DNA of 64,000 bases, from sequence record MN850621.1, one strand, 5' to 3'. Below the pieces are notes generated by a model. The model saw nothing but the letters and a program-made list of their open reading frames with translations, searched no databases and was not told the DNA's origin. Shown piece by piece: positions 37,574 to 46,254 of the stretch (position 1 is its first letter; every line of letters begins with the position of its first letter). This DNA comes from Escherichia phage dhabil. A program made the translations under genes and the position numbers.

Positions 37574-37801
37574 TTATTTTCCTAACGAAATACGAGTAGG
37601 TTTTTTACCAAAGTATTCTTCATAAGAACCATCTAAACGACCTGCTTTAGACCGGCAATATGAATCATACTTTTTATAATAGGCCATCTCAGTATTATAA
37701 CGTGGGTGTCTATCAGCCATAATAATACTTAACGGCCAACCTTTGGCATAATCGCGAAGACCGTTTATTTTATGAATGTATCTTTTCTTTAATTTTAGCA
37801 T
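37574..37801 (-). CDS. hypothetical basic protein
   Basis: 75 aa ORF. Confidence 0.4.
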   Translation of the reverse strand: MLKLKKRYIHKINGLRDYAKGWPLSIIMADRHPRYNTEMAYYKKYDSYCRSKAGRLDGSYEEYFGKKPTRISLGK

Positions 37802-38019
37802 GAGCTTGGGTACCAGATTTTACCATCGGAGCGAGCAACGAAGGTACGACCAGCTTCTTCACCATAACAAGAGCTATTCAGCCAATCTTCAAGACGAACT
37901 TCACCATCATAATCATCAAGCTCAACACCAAAATCCTGAGCAGAAGCCATATCTTTTACTTTCTTATACAGCGCAGCCAGTTCAAGAGCTGCTTTTTCTA
38001 ATTCATTAATATTAGACAT
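37795..38019 (-). CDS. small paralog family member 5 (C-terminal WYPSSC)
   Basis: 74 aa; ends in W-x-x-SS-C then TAA; member of five-gene tandem array. Confidence 0.55.
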   Translation of the reverse strand: MSNINELEKAALELAALYKKVKDMASAQDFGVELDDYDGEVRLEDWLNSSCYGEEAGRTFVARSDGKIWYPSSC

Positions 38020-38028
38020 TTTATCACC

Positions 38029-38241
38029 TTAGCAAGACATAGAGGATGTAAACCAGAAACCTTCACCATCTGGGATACCGTAATCATCACGGACCCATTC
38101 GTAATCATCATATTCCGGATTCTTTGGGGAAATGTATTGTCCACGGCCGGAAACATGGAACTCTTCACCTGTTTCGTCAGCCACGGACTGACCTTTACGT
38201 ACTAATTCACGGATTTGTTTTTCAATTTCATCAATAGTCAT
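38029..38241 (-). CDS. small paralog family member 4 (C-terminal WFTSSMSC)
   Basis: 70 aa; GRGQYISP loop and C-terminal W-x-x-SS-x-x-C. Confidence 0.55.
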   Translation of the reverse strand: MTIDEIEKQIRELVRKGQSVADETGEEFHVSGRGQYISPKNPEYDDYEWVRDDYGIPDGEGFWFTSSMSC

Positions 38242-38250
38242 TTTATTACC

Positions 38251-38448
38251 TTAGCATTCGTAAGAGGAGGACACCCAAGAGGTACCACTAATAGTAATAC
38301 AACCGTTATAAAGCGTTATATGTCGTTCTAAGTCACGAGCACCATCAATATAGATATCAGCTTCTTCGCGTTCTTCTTTACAAATTTGAATAACGTTTTC
38401 AATTGCCGCAGCGGCAGTTCGGATTGCACAATCTAATTCACGAGACAT
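38251..38448 (-). CDS. small paralog family member 3 (C-terminal WVSSSYEC)
   Basis: 65 aa; C-terminal WVSSSYEC then TAAGG. Confidence 0.55.
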   Translation of the reverse strand: MSRELDCAIRTAAAAIENVIQICKEEREEADIYIDGARDLERHITLYNGCITISGTSWVSSSYEC

Positions 38449-38457
38449 AATATTTCC

Positions 38458-38739
38458 TTAACATTCAGAAGAAGAGGACACCCAACCGCCAGTTGCGAGG
38501 TCAGTTGTATAGTCATGAGTATTAACAATAGCCCATTCAGGATGACCATCTTCTTCCCAATGGGCAAGGTCAGCTTTCAAGGCGCCAGGAGAATAATAGT
38601 CACCGCCCATACCGCGAGCAGGGTATATATTAAAATGAGTCTCATATTTGTCTGCAATTTCCTCGGCACGACGAATAGCTTCATGAATTTCTTTTACTGC
38701 GGCCAGAAGCTCTGGATGGTTATGATTATCATTCATCAT
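38458..38739 (-). CDS. small paralog family member 2 (C-terminal WVSSSSEC)
   Basis: 93 aa; EEIADKY…GGDYYSPG…WVSSSSEC. Confidence 0.6.
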   Translation of the reverse strand: MMNDNHNHPELLAAVKEIHEAIRRAEEIADKYETHFNIYPARGMGGDYYSPGALKADLAHWEEDGHPEWAIVNTHDYTTDLATGGWVSSSSEC

Positions 38740-38748
38740 AGCTTTTCC

Positions 38749-39039
38749 TTAGCACATTGCCGAAGAGGAGACCCAGGCACCAACTGTAACGACGCCATTT
38801 TCAACTTCACCGCCATTGTTTTCAATTTCATCTTTAAACCACTGGGAGCATTCATAACCAACAGGGTAGTAGGTACGTCCTGAGCCATAATCACCTGTTC
38901 CGAATTGAATACCGTACTTATCGGCAATAGCTTCACATTTGGATTCGATGATATCTACTTTACCGAGCAGGGCATAGATAGCTTTTTCTGCAGATTTCTC
39001 GTCGTTGTATTCAGGGATTTCAATTTCAATTTTATTCAT
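38749..39039 (-). CDS. small paralog family member 1 (C-terminal WVSSSAMC)
   Basis: 96 aa; EAIADKY…GSGRTYYPVG…WVSSSAMC. Confidence 0.6.
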   Translation of the reverse strand: MNKIEIEIPEYNDEKSAEKAIYALLGKVDIIESKCEAIADKYGIQFGTGDYGSGRTYYPVGYECSQWFKDEIENNGGEVENGVVTVGAWVSSSAMC

Positions 39040-39389
39040 GATTTACATTCCTTAATAAAGGTTTCAAGGTCATTACGTTTGGTTTGTTTTACATACTCAT
39101 TATAATTAGCCATCTCTAAAGCATATCTCTTACGGATGGGAGCATTCAAAGCATTTGTATGGCAAATATCATACACGAGAGGGATAAAATAAGCCACGAC
39201 AGCCGGAGCAATTATCATATAGAAACCCATCTCAATAGGCATGACTCCTTCGATTGCAGCCATAACTGTGGTCATTACCAGACCAACCAGACCGCCGAGC
39301 ATACCTGTGACAATTCCCGTGAATAAGGAAATAGCAATATCATATTCAGCCAATTGATAAACATGCGATGAAAGACTAGGCCGTTCCAT
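39036..39389 (-). CDS. hypothetical membrane protein
   Basis: Several hydrophobic helices; start set to internal ATG (MERPSL); uncertain. Confidence 0.4.
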   Translation of the reverse strand: MERPSLSSHVYQLAEYDIAISLFTGIVTGMLGGLVGLVMTTVMAAIEGVMPIEMGFYMIIAPAVVAYFIPLVYDICHTNALNAPIRKRYALEMANYNEYVKQTKRNDLETFIKECKS

Positions 39390-39918
39390 TTTGGACCTCT
39401 TTAGCGTATTCACGGCATTCAGCAATAAAGCGATTAAGCTTCCGTTGTTGTTTACGACTTTCTAATGTGTACTCAGCAGTTAAGATACCAAGCTCGGCTT
39501 TATCATAATTTTTAATATCAGTGTAAGATGGTCGACGGTCGACCATTCCAAATACATCACCATTTTCTAAAGCCACATAGCATACTAAATGGTAATCATC
39601 GTCTGCCATATTAAGAAGCACGCAATCATTGCTCTCATTTAAAGAATATACTGAATAACGTAGTCCAGCGAATTCCACTCGTTGAATAGCCAGATTTACG
39701 TCAATAATTTCCAAAGCATCTTCAAAAGAAAGGTCTTCAGCTAAAGCAAAAATAAAAGGTAATTTGGTAGTATCGCCACGGCTAGATGTTCTGCTTAAGA
39801 AATCGTTTGAATAGCCTAGGTCTTGGCGAATTCTATAAAGAACTGAATTGGTTTCATGGGAAAGACCACTATTTTTAAACCAATCAATATTTGATATAAG
39901 GTTATCATATAAACTCAT
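39376..39918 (-). CDS. hypothetical protein
   Basis: 180 aa ORF with strong SD GGAGGAGAGGAG. Confidence 0.5.
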   Translation of the reverse strand: MSLYDNLISNIDWFKNSGLSHETNSVLYRIRQDLGYSNDFLSRTSSRGDTTKLPFIFALAEDLSFEDALEIIDVNLAIQRVEFAGLRYSVYSLNESNDCVLLNMADDDYHLVCYVALENGDVFGMVDRRPSYTDIKNYDKAELGILTAEYTLESRKQQRKLNRFIAECREYAKEVQNGTA

Positions 39919-39941
39919 AATATTCTCCTCTCCTCCAAATA

Positions 39942-39959
39942 GGGAGACCGAAGTCTCCC
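39942..39959 (-). terminator. hairpin (TTCG loop), terminator-like
   Basis: Minus GGGAGAC-TTCG-GTCTCCC, weak T tract, then strong SD. Confidence 0.45.
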
Positions 39960-39966
39960 GGTAATA

Positions 39967-40560
39967 TTACTTAAGTGAATTAATGTAGTCTTCGATATCG
40001 GCTGAAGTCGTATCCATTCCAACTTGTGGGCCTTTAAACGTTTCTACACGCAGCAGGGTATCTTCAATATCAATCTTAGTCAATGCAGCGATTTCAACCA
40101 CATCATCGGCAGTAGCAATACCAAGGGCAGCCATATTACGAGTTTCACGAATGTACTCAAGCTTAACCGCTAGTTCCTGGCGAGAGTCATCAAGTTCCTT
40201 GACCTTCAGTTTAATTTCATTACGCATTTCGATATAATCGTCTGCTTTCTTACGAAGTTGATTAGCTGTACGACGATAAAGGAGGCCAAGTTTAGCATGC
40301 ACCTGGACATCGGCGCCTTCTTTAATCAGTTTACGAATTTCACGCTCTTTTGAAGCGGCGAGTTGGTCTTTTTCATTCGCTAACTCGCGAATACGTTTTT
40401 CTTCATTCACAGACTTAACATGAGCAGTCTGGAGTTCAGTAATTTTATCAATCAGGGTAGAAGCAGCTTTAGTATACTGGTCTTCGATTGACAGGTTCTG
40501 AGTCATTGCGGTACCCAGTTTAGAACGGATGAATTCAACGATTTTCTTTAAAGTGTTCAT
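39967..40560 (-). CDS. coiled-coil protein, possibly PspA/IM30-like
   Basis: ATG (MNTLKKIV…) with SD GAAGGAAA; long amphipathic helices; weak resemblance to PspA N-terminus. Confidence 0.4.
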   Translation of the reverse strand: MNTLKKIVEFIRSKLGTAMTQNLSIEDQYTKAASTLIDKITELQTAHVKSVNEEKRIRELANEKDQLAASKEREIRKLIKEGADVQVHAKLGLLYRRTANQLRKKADDYIEMRNEIKLKVKELDDSRQELAVKLEYIRETRNMAALGIATADDVVEIAALTKIDIEDTLLRVETFKGPQVGMDTTSADIEDYINSLK

Positions 40561-40589
40561 AGTATTTCCTTCAGTCGGTTGATATTTTG

Positions 40590-40633
40590 TAATCCATGAG
40601 GACATTATACCCTGTCCTCTGAGGGTTGTAAAC
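40590..40633 (-). promoter_or_regulatory. early sigma70-type promoter
   Basis: Minus GTTTAC, 18 nt, TATAAT; -10 inside palindrome GGACA…TGTCC. Confidence 0.6.
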
Positions 40634-40636
40634 ATT

Positions 40637-41035
40637 TTATTTCATTTTTGCTAGGCAAATTTCATTGGCTTCCCATTGAGCTTGCTTAATAATAGCTTTG
40701 GATACAGGAACCCTTTGACCATAAGTTTTTGACGTTGAGAGAACAATATATTTGTTTGCCTCATTATGCCAACCTAGTGATTTTTCACCATGAGTACCTT
40801 TAACCACAGCTGACACCTCAACAGAGCAACCACCATCAGAAATCTTGGTTTCTACAATCCATTCATTTCTCTCGACAGCTTCAATTTCCGATCTCCTTTT
40901 TTCTTCATACATGGCGGCCCAATCAGTTTTTGCCAAGCTGAAAGTAAGAGCTTTCTCTAATTCTTTGGCAGCTTTTTGTTGTTCAGGCGTTAATGAATTA
41001 TACAACTCTTGCATTTCTTTATCTTCGATATTCAT
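40637..41035 (-). CDS. hypothetical protein
   Basis: 132 aa ORF. Confidence 0.45.
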   Translation of the reverse strand: MNIEDKEMQELYNSLTPEQQKAAKELEKALTFSLAKTDWAAMYEEKRRSEIEAVERNEWIVETKISDGGCSVEVSAVVKGTHGEKSLGWHNEANKYIVLSTSKTYGQRVPVSKAIIKQAQWEANEICLAKMK

Positions 41036-41092
41036 TATGCTCTCCTCAAATTACGGGCTCATAATATCTCAATCATGAGCCCGTGTAAACAA

Positions 41093-41356
41093 TTATTTCA
41101 TATTATTGAAATAATCTTCCGCATCAAAATCGTTATCGTGATAAACTTTGGTAGACAATTTGACGTACCCTTCGGCAGCAAACATATTAACCACAACCTT
41201 TACGGTATACCACTGTCCATCGTCATTACCCATTACTGCGTAGGTTTCAAATATGGGATGGTCATCACCTATAACCTTAATATCGTTAACAGTAGCACCA
41301 AATTCTTCAGGAACGCATTTCATAAAGAAATTAAACAATTCACCATAATTATCCAT
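41093..41356 (-). CDS. hypothetical acidic protein
   Basis: ATG (MDNYGELF) after AAGGAGAGTAAA; promoter cassette upstream. Confidence 0.5.
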   Translation of the reverse strand: MDNYGELFNFFMKCVPEEFGATVNDIKVIGDDHPIFETYAVMGNDDGQWYTVKVVVNMFAAEGYVKLSTKVYHDNDFDAEDYFNNMK

Positions 41357-41370
41357 TTTACTCTCCTTCA

Positions 41371-41420
41371 CTCTGTTGTTTTGATAGGTCTATAGTATCA
41401 CGTTTAAAGGAGGTGTAAAC
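41371..41420 (-). promoter_or_regulatory. early promoter cassette
   Basis: GTTTAC -35; TGATACTATAGACCTATCAA core; follows a TTCG terminator. Confidence 0.6.
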
Positions 41421-41454
41421 AACTTTGTGAAATTATTTTTAGTTTAAACCCCCT

Positions 41455-41477
41455 AAAAGGAGACCGAAGTCTCCTTT
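41455..41477 (-). terminator. intrinsic terminator (TTCG loop) after IPIII-like gene
   Basis: Minus GGAGAC-TTCG-GTCTCC followed by TTTT. Confidence 0.6.
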
Positions 41478-41479
41478 CA

Positions 41480-42103
41480 TTATTTACGAGTCTTTTCGAA
41501 CTGAGCTGCGTCACCGGCCAGTCGGCGTGCTTGACGAAGTTTGTTGTCAATTTCTTCGCGCATAGGCTGGGTGTACTTAAGGCCTTCAACCGTCAGATAG
41601 AGACGATAAAGGTCTGGTGTGTCCAGGTTGTTAATGTGTTGACCGTTACGAAGAACATTGAATTCACGAACAAGGTGTTTAGTTTCGGATTCTATTTCAG
41701 AAACCAAAGAAGCCAGTTGGTTATATTTTTTAACAATAGTGCTGGTGTCGAACTTGATTTTAGGTTTAGGAGCTTCTTTTACAGGCTCTGCTTTAGGTGC
41801 TGCCGCAGGTTTAGGTGGTGCAACTTTGGTTGGGGCTGCAGGTTTAGCAACAGGAGCTTTAGCTGGTTTAGCAGGTTTAGTAGCGCCACCGGCTACGATA
41901 TCTTTAAAAGCTTTGGAAGCTTTGTAATATTCTTTCTGGTTACTAGTATCAAAACCATACATATCATAAACGTTTTTAAAGAACTCGGTAGTGGTTTTAG
42001 TCCCGGAAATTTTATCATAAGCAGCTTGCCACATATCTTTAGTCATGCGCACGCTGGCTTCAGTCAGAACGCTTTCGTTCAAAAATTCATTGTAAGTTTT
42101 CAT
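41480..42103 (-). CDS. capsid internal protein (IPIII-like)
   Basis: N-terminus MKTYNEFLNESVLTEA matches the T4 internal-protein capsid targeting sequence; Pro/Ala/Lys-rich linker; late promoter upstream. Confidence 0.6.
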   Translation of the reverse strand: MKTYNEFLNESVLTEASVRMTKDMWQAAYDKISGTKTTTEFFKNVYDMYGFDTSNQKEYYKASKAFKDIVAGGATKPAKPAKAPVAKPAAPTKVAPPKPAAAPKAEPVKEAPKPKIKFDTSTIVKKYNQLASLVSEIESETKHLVREFNVLRNGQHINNLDTPDLYRLYLTVEGLKYTQPMREEIDNKLRQARRLAGDAAQFEKTRK

Positions 42104-42132
42104 TATTGTTTCCTGTGTTAATTAACTTATCT

Positions 42133-42140
42133 ATTTATAC
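42133..42140 (-). promoter_or_regulatory. late promoter (TATAAATA)
   Basis: Minus-strand TATAAATA about 30 nt upstream of IPIII-like gene. Confidence 0.55.
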
Positions 42141-42170
42141 AAAAAAGGCCCAACCTTTCGGAAGGGCCTT
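42141..42170 (-). terminator. intrinsic terminator ending the tRNA transcription unit
   Basis: Minus GGCCC-loop-GGGCC hairpin followed by TTTTTT. Confidence 0.55.
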
Positions 42171-42171
42171 T

Positions 42172-42338
42172 AACCTAGGGTAACCTTGTCGGGGTTCCAC
42201 CTGCTAGGCAAGTGTTCGGTGCGCCGTTTCAGCTGTGAGATAAGGGACTTTAAGAGGAACTCATGTACGCCTTAAAGTCGGGTCTTATTCAGGGAACTTC
42301 AGTCCGACGACTTACCGGTAGCGACCCGGTTTCTTGTT
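42172..42338 (-). ncRNA. structured small RNA downstream of tRNA-Arg (possible T4 species 1/2-like stable RNA)
   Basis: About 165 nt non-coding segment between tRNA-Arg and the terminator with long hairpins (CGGGTC…GACCCG; GACTTTAAG…CTTAAAGTC); no tRNA T-loop. Confidence 0.3.
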
Positions 42339-42414
42339 TGGTCGAGACAGTAGGGATCGAACCTACGACCCAGGACTTAGAAGGTCCTTGCTCTTCCTTC
42401 TGAGCTATGCCTCG
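42339..42414 (-). tRNA. tRNA-Arg (anticodon TCT)
   Basis: Hand-folded cloverleaf: acceptor CGAGGCA/TGTCTCG, D-arm GCTC/GAGC, anticodon stem AGGAC/GTCCT with loop CTTCTAA, T-arm GTAGG-TTCGATC-CCTAC, CCA encoded. Confidence 0.8.
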
Positions 42415-42418
42415 TATT

Positions 42419-42493
42419 TGGCGGACATGCATGGATTCGAACCATGGACCAATTGATTAACAGTCAACTGCTCTACCACTGAGCTACACATCC
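42419..42493 (-). tRNA. tRNA-Asn (anticodon GTT)
   Basis: Hand-folded: D-arm GCTC-AGTGGTA-GAGC, anticodon loop CTGTTAA, T-arm CATGG-TTCGAAT-CCATG, CCA encoded; acceptor stem has two G-T pairs. Confidence 0.7.
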
Positions 42494-42497
42494 AAAT

Positions 42498-42571
42498 TGG
42501 TGGCCCTGGGTGGAATCGAACCACCATCCAGCGATTATGAGTCGCTCGCTTGACCGTCCAGCTACAGGGCC
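42498..42571 (-). tRNA. tRNA with CAT anticodon (Met, or Ile if lysidine-modified)
   Basis: Hand-folded: acceptor GGCCCTG/CAGGGCC, anticodon stem AGCGA/TCGCT with loop CTCATAA, T-arm GGTGG-TTCGATT-CCACC, CCA encoded. Confidence 0.75.
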
Positions 42572-42656
42572 TTAATTCTATTATGAAAGGCTCTTTGAGG
42601 GAAGAACCTTTGGTAATAGAGGGTATTAATGATAGAGTAATAATATCACATAATTC

Positions 42657-42941
42657 TTAAAGCATATTAATATAGTCAAGTTTAATAGAAGCAATCTTCA
42701 AAGGGTTTTTAAAGATGTCGTATTCGACCAATCCATTTTCAGTTGCGGTATAAAAAGTAAAGTTAACAGAATTATAGCGATGGCTGTTAACTTTGAGTTT
42801 AACATCGCTTGAACTACGGCCAATATTAACCTGTTGAACATCAAGCACGGCATCTTTGCCGTAATTTCGAATCAACAACTCGGCTGCAACCTGATCGGAT
42901 TTATAGCCATTCTCTGGATTAGTAACCTTAACGTATAACAT
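42657..42941 (-). CDS. hypothetical protein
   Basis: 94 aa ORF. Confidence 0.45.
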   Translation of the reverse strand: MLYVKVTNPENGYKSDQVAAELLIRNYGKDAVLDVQQVNIGRSSSDVKLKVNSHRYNSVNFTFYTATENGLVEYDIFKNPLKIASIKLDYINML

Positions 42942-43322
42942 TTAACCCTCGTCTACAATAGTGTGGGTATTGGCATTGACAATCTGCCACCAGTCAAAAC
43001 GATTGGAACCGTAACAAGGCTTATTCTCGTTTTCTTTAATGATATCGCGCAGTTCATCTTCAGTCGCGGCCTTTGCGATTAAGTCAGCATAACCGCCACG
43101 AGGATAATAGTTATCACCGGCAAAGAGCAAAAAGTTTGTTTTGATATTCTTGAATTCTTCAAGAGTAATAACTGTTCCACCCGGTTGAACAATATCTACA
43201 TAACTATATCCTAATTTCTGTGCTTCATTTACCGCTTCAAGCAGGGTGTCATGCGCCCACCCAATTTGGCAATCTGGTTTTTCAGATGGATTTGCTTGAT
43301 AATCCGCATACACTTTATACAT
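42942..43322 (-). CDS. hypothetical protein
   Basis: Start set to ATG (MYKVYADY) after AAAGGTGAGTAAA. Confidence 0.5.
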   Translation of the reverse strand: MYKVYADYQANPSEKPDCQIGWAHDTLLEAVNEAQKLGYSYVDIVQPGGTVITLEEFKNIKTNFLLFAGDNYYPRGGYADLIAKAATEDELRDIIKENENKPCYGSNRFDWWQIVNANTHTIVDEG

Positions 43323-43323
43323 T

Positions 43324-43509
43324 TTACTCACCTTTAGAGATTTTATCCATAACGAAAGAGATTGAACCAATTAAGAATGCCACTACTAAAGAGATTATAT
43401 TCTCGGAAGTTGTAAGCAAATCCAACATGAATCCTGCAAACATACTAAAGCCAAAAGCAGTAACGGCGGCCAGTGCAGTAACATTTCTAATTAATTCACA
43501 ACGTTTCAT
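43324..43509 (-). CDS. small membrane protein
   Basis: ATG (MKRCEL…) with cassette leader; one or two hydrophobic helices. Confidence 0.45.
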   Translation of the reverse strand: MKRCELIRNVTALAAVTAFGFSMFAGFMLDLLTTSENIISLVVAFLIGSISFVMDKISKGE

Positions 43510-43519
43510 TTTATTCTCC

Positions 43520-43575
43520 AATCACTCATTTGTTTTGATAGGGCTATAGTATCATCACTAGAGCCCGTTGTAAAT
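43520..43575 (-). promoter_or_regulatory. early promoter cassette (variant)
   Basis: ATTTAC -35; core TTGATAGGGCTATAGTATCA with inverted repeat GGGCTATAG…CTAGAGCCC. Confidence 0.5.
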
Positions 43576-43579
43576 AACT

Positions 43580-43858
43580 TTAAAGTGCTTTTTTCAAAAT
43601 ATCAAAGTGCTTGGTGGCGATGTAAACGGTTTTCATTACAGAAGATTCTTGAGCCGGGGAAATAACAATGCTCCCACCGTCTTTTTTAGCATGGTAACCG
43701 TCGCCCAGATAAACAGTACCTTTAAGTTCATCACCATTAAGACCGATAACCGGTTTACCTTCACGGCCTTTGTTTAGGGCTATAACTTCACTCATAACAC
43801 TGGCTTCAGTGATAGGAGCCACTTTTTGAGATTTACTAAATTCTTGATAAGTTTTCAT
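43580..43858 (-). CDS. capsid internal protein (IPI/IPII-like)
   Basis: N-terminus MKTYQEFSKS… is the T4 internal-protein targeting sequence; 92 aa. Confidence 0.55.
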   Translation of the reverse strand: MKTYQEFSKSQKVAPITEASVMSEVIALNKGREGKPVIGLNGDELKGTVYLGDGYHAKKDGGSIVISPAQESSVMKTVYIATKHFDILKKAL

Positions 43859-43880
43859 TTTGATTTCCATTTGGTTAGTT

Positions 43881-43926
43881 TGTTTTTGATAGGCCTATAG
43901 TATCATCACTAAAGCCCTTTGTAAAA
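43881..43926 (-). promoter_or_regulatory. early promoter cassette (variant) upstream of internal-protein gene
   Basis: TTTTAC -35; core TTGATAGGCCTATAGTATCA. Confidence 0.5.
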
Positions 43927-43936
43927 CATTTTTAAA

Positions 43937-44820
<884 letters not shown>

Positions 44821-44828
<8 letters not shown>

Positions 44829-45582
44829 TTTTATTTCCTAATAATTTATCAATAGTAGTGTATAGTTCAGAAAGAGTGCCGTTATTTTCAATAACAACGT
44901 CACCAGGTAAAATTGGTAGACCCGCTTCAGTGATGTGCGAGTCTTGTACTTGACCGGTTTCAGCGCGAACTACATGAATAATCGTAGCACCCATCGCTCT
45001 GAGCGAATCAATTTCGTGTGTTTGACGAACATCAGGTACGACATAGTATTTCGCATCAGAGTATATTTTATCAAAATAGTCTAAAGCGAACAACTTAACC
45101 CAATACATCTTATCAAATTGGTTAACAATAATATCAGTCCCAAGGGTCTGCATGAGACGACGTACTGACCAATTGTTATTTTTATTTATTACTTCAAATA
45201 GCTGGTCTTTTGTTTCTTCAGACAGATACTGGGCCGGGGTAAGACCATAATGATATGCGATACGAACATCAATTCCTGGAATAGGAAGGATATTATTCAG
45301 CTTAACAATAGCATGTTCAAAAATATCAACCACATCATACGGTTTTAAAGGAATTATTTCTTCACGGTCATAACCGATACCTTCAAAACAATTAAAATCT
45401 AATTTAGGCATATAGCTACGGTCGAATACAGGGTCATCAGATATGTATTCATAAGCTTCAGCCAGATACTTTTTAATAGGACCAGCGAGTTGGAATTTTA
45501 CGGAATCCATATTCTCAATTACATAGTTAGCAACGGTATCCTTACCGCTACGTTTGATTCCTACAATTGATATTAGTTTCAT
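44821..45582 (-). CDS. 1: deoxynucleoside monophosphate kinase gp1
   Basis: P-loop GIKRSGKDT; WSVRRLMQTLGTD and MYWVKLFALDY blocks as in T4 gp1. Confidence 0.9.
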
Positions 45583-46172
45583 TATTTTCTCATAGATGGA
45601 TGCATAGACATACGAGCCACACGTTGTTCGGCATACGAATCAATTTGTGGACGACCTGTAACTATTGTACCATCTATTTCTACAGCAAACGACTTGAAGT
45701 TGAATGTTGCCGTAGCGATTATAGCAGGGTCAGAATCTTCTTTATACGAGTATTGGATTTCCGATAAGTCGGATGGCCAACCGCCGTAGTAATGAATGCT
45801 CATTACGATTTTCTGTTTGTTGTTATCAAGGATATGGAGGGTAATCGCTTCAGGCAAGCCTTTAGGATGCCAGGCTTCGGATTCATGTGTTACATAGTTG
45901 TTTAATGATAGCATCCATTTATAAACGTCCATCCATGATTTCAGCTCACGGTCTACAAGAAAGTTTACAATCAAGGGGTCGAATTCTACTGTAGAACCTG
46001 GCAGCTTAGCACGATGTATGCCCTGGGTCGATCCGGGGACGTCTGAGATAGGAATATGGATACCCGGTAGTGTTACATCTTGTACGTTCAATTTGAATGA
46101 CTGCGTCATTCCTGAGTCACTAACCTCTAAGATAAAGTTGGTAGTGTTAGTTTGGTTAAATAAACCGTTCAT
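45582..46172 (-). CDS. 3: tail completion/sheath stabiliser gp3
   Basis: 196 aa; position between gene 1 and gene 2 as in T4. Confidence 0.75.
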   Translation of the reverse strand: MNGLFNQTNTTNFILEVSDSGMTQSFKLNVQDVTLPGIHIPISDVPGSTQGIHRAKLPGSTVEFDPLIVNFLVDRELKSWMDVYKWMLSLNNYVTHESEAWHPKGLPEAITLHILDNNKQKIVMSIHYYGGWPSDLSEIQYSYKEDSDPAIIATATFNFKSFAVEIDGTIVTGRPQIDSYAEQRVARMSMHPSMRK

Positions 46173-46254
46173 AGGATTCCTATATTGCTTAAGTCCCAGA
46201 CAGTGTATAATGGTCCTAGGTCTATTCCATTCAATAACTGGCTGGGATAATAGA

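Noticed and set aside
41531-42121. Plus-strand 196-aa and 89-aa ORFs antisense to the IPIII-like gene
   Set aside because: Low-complexity translations produced by the Pro/Ala/Lys codon repeats of the sense gene.
42172-42338. A fourth canonical tRNA downstream of tRNA-Arg
   Set aside because: No T-loop (GTTCRANYC) or acceptor/anticodon geometry could be folded by hand; kept only as a possible small structured RNA.
21896-43926. CRISPR array as an explanation for the recurring 20-nt core TTGATAGGTCTATAGTATCA
   Set aside because: Copies are 0.3-5 kb apart with genes between them and each precedes an ORF, unlike the regular 30-40 bp spacing of CRISPR repeats; they read as promoters.
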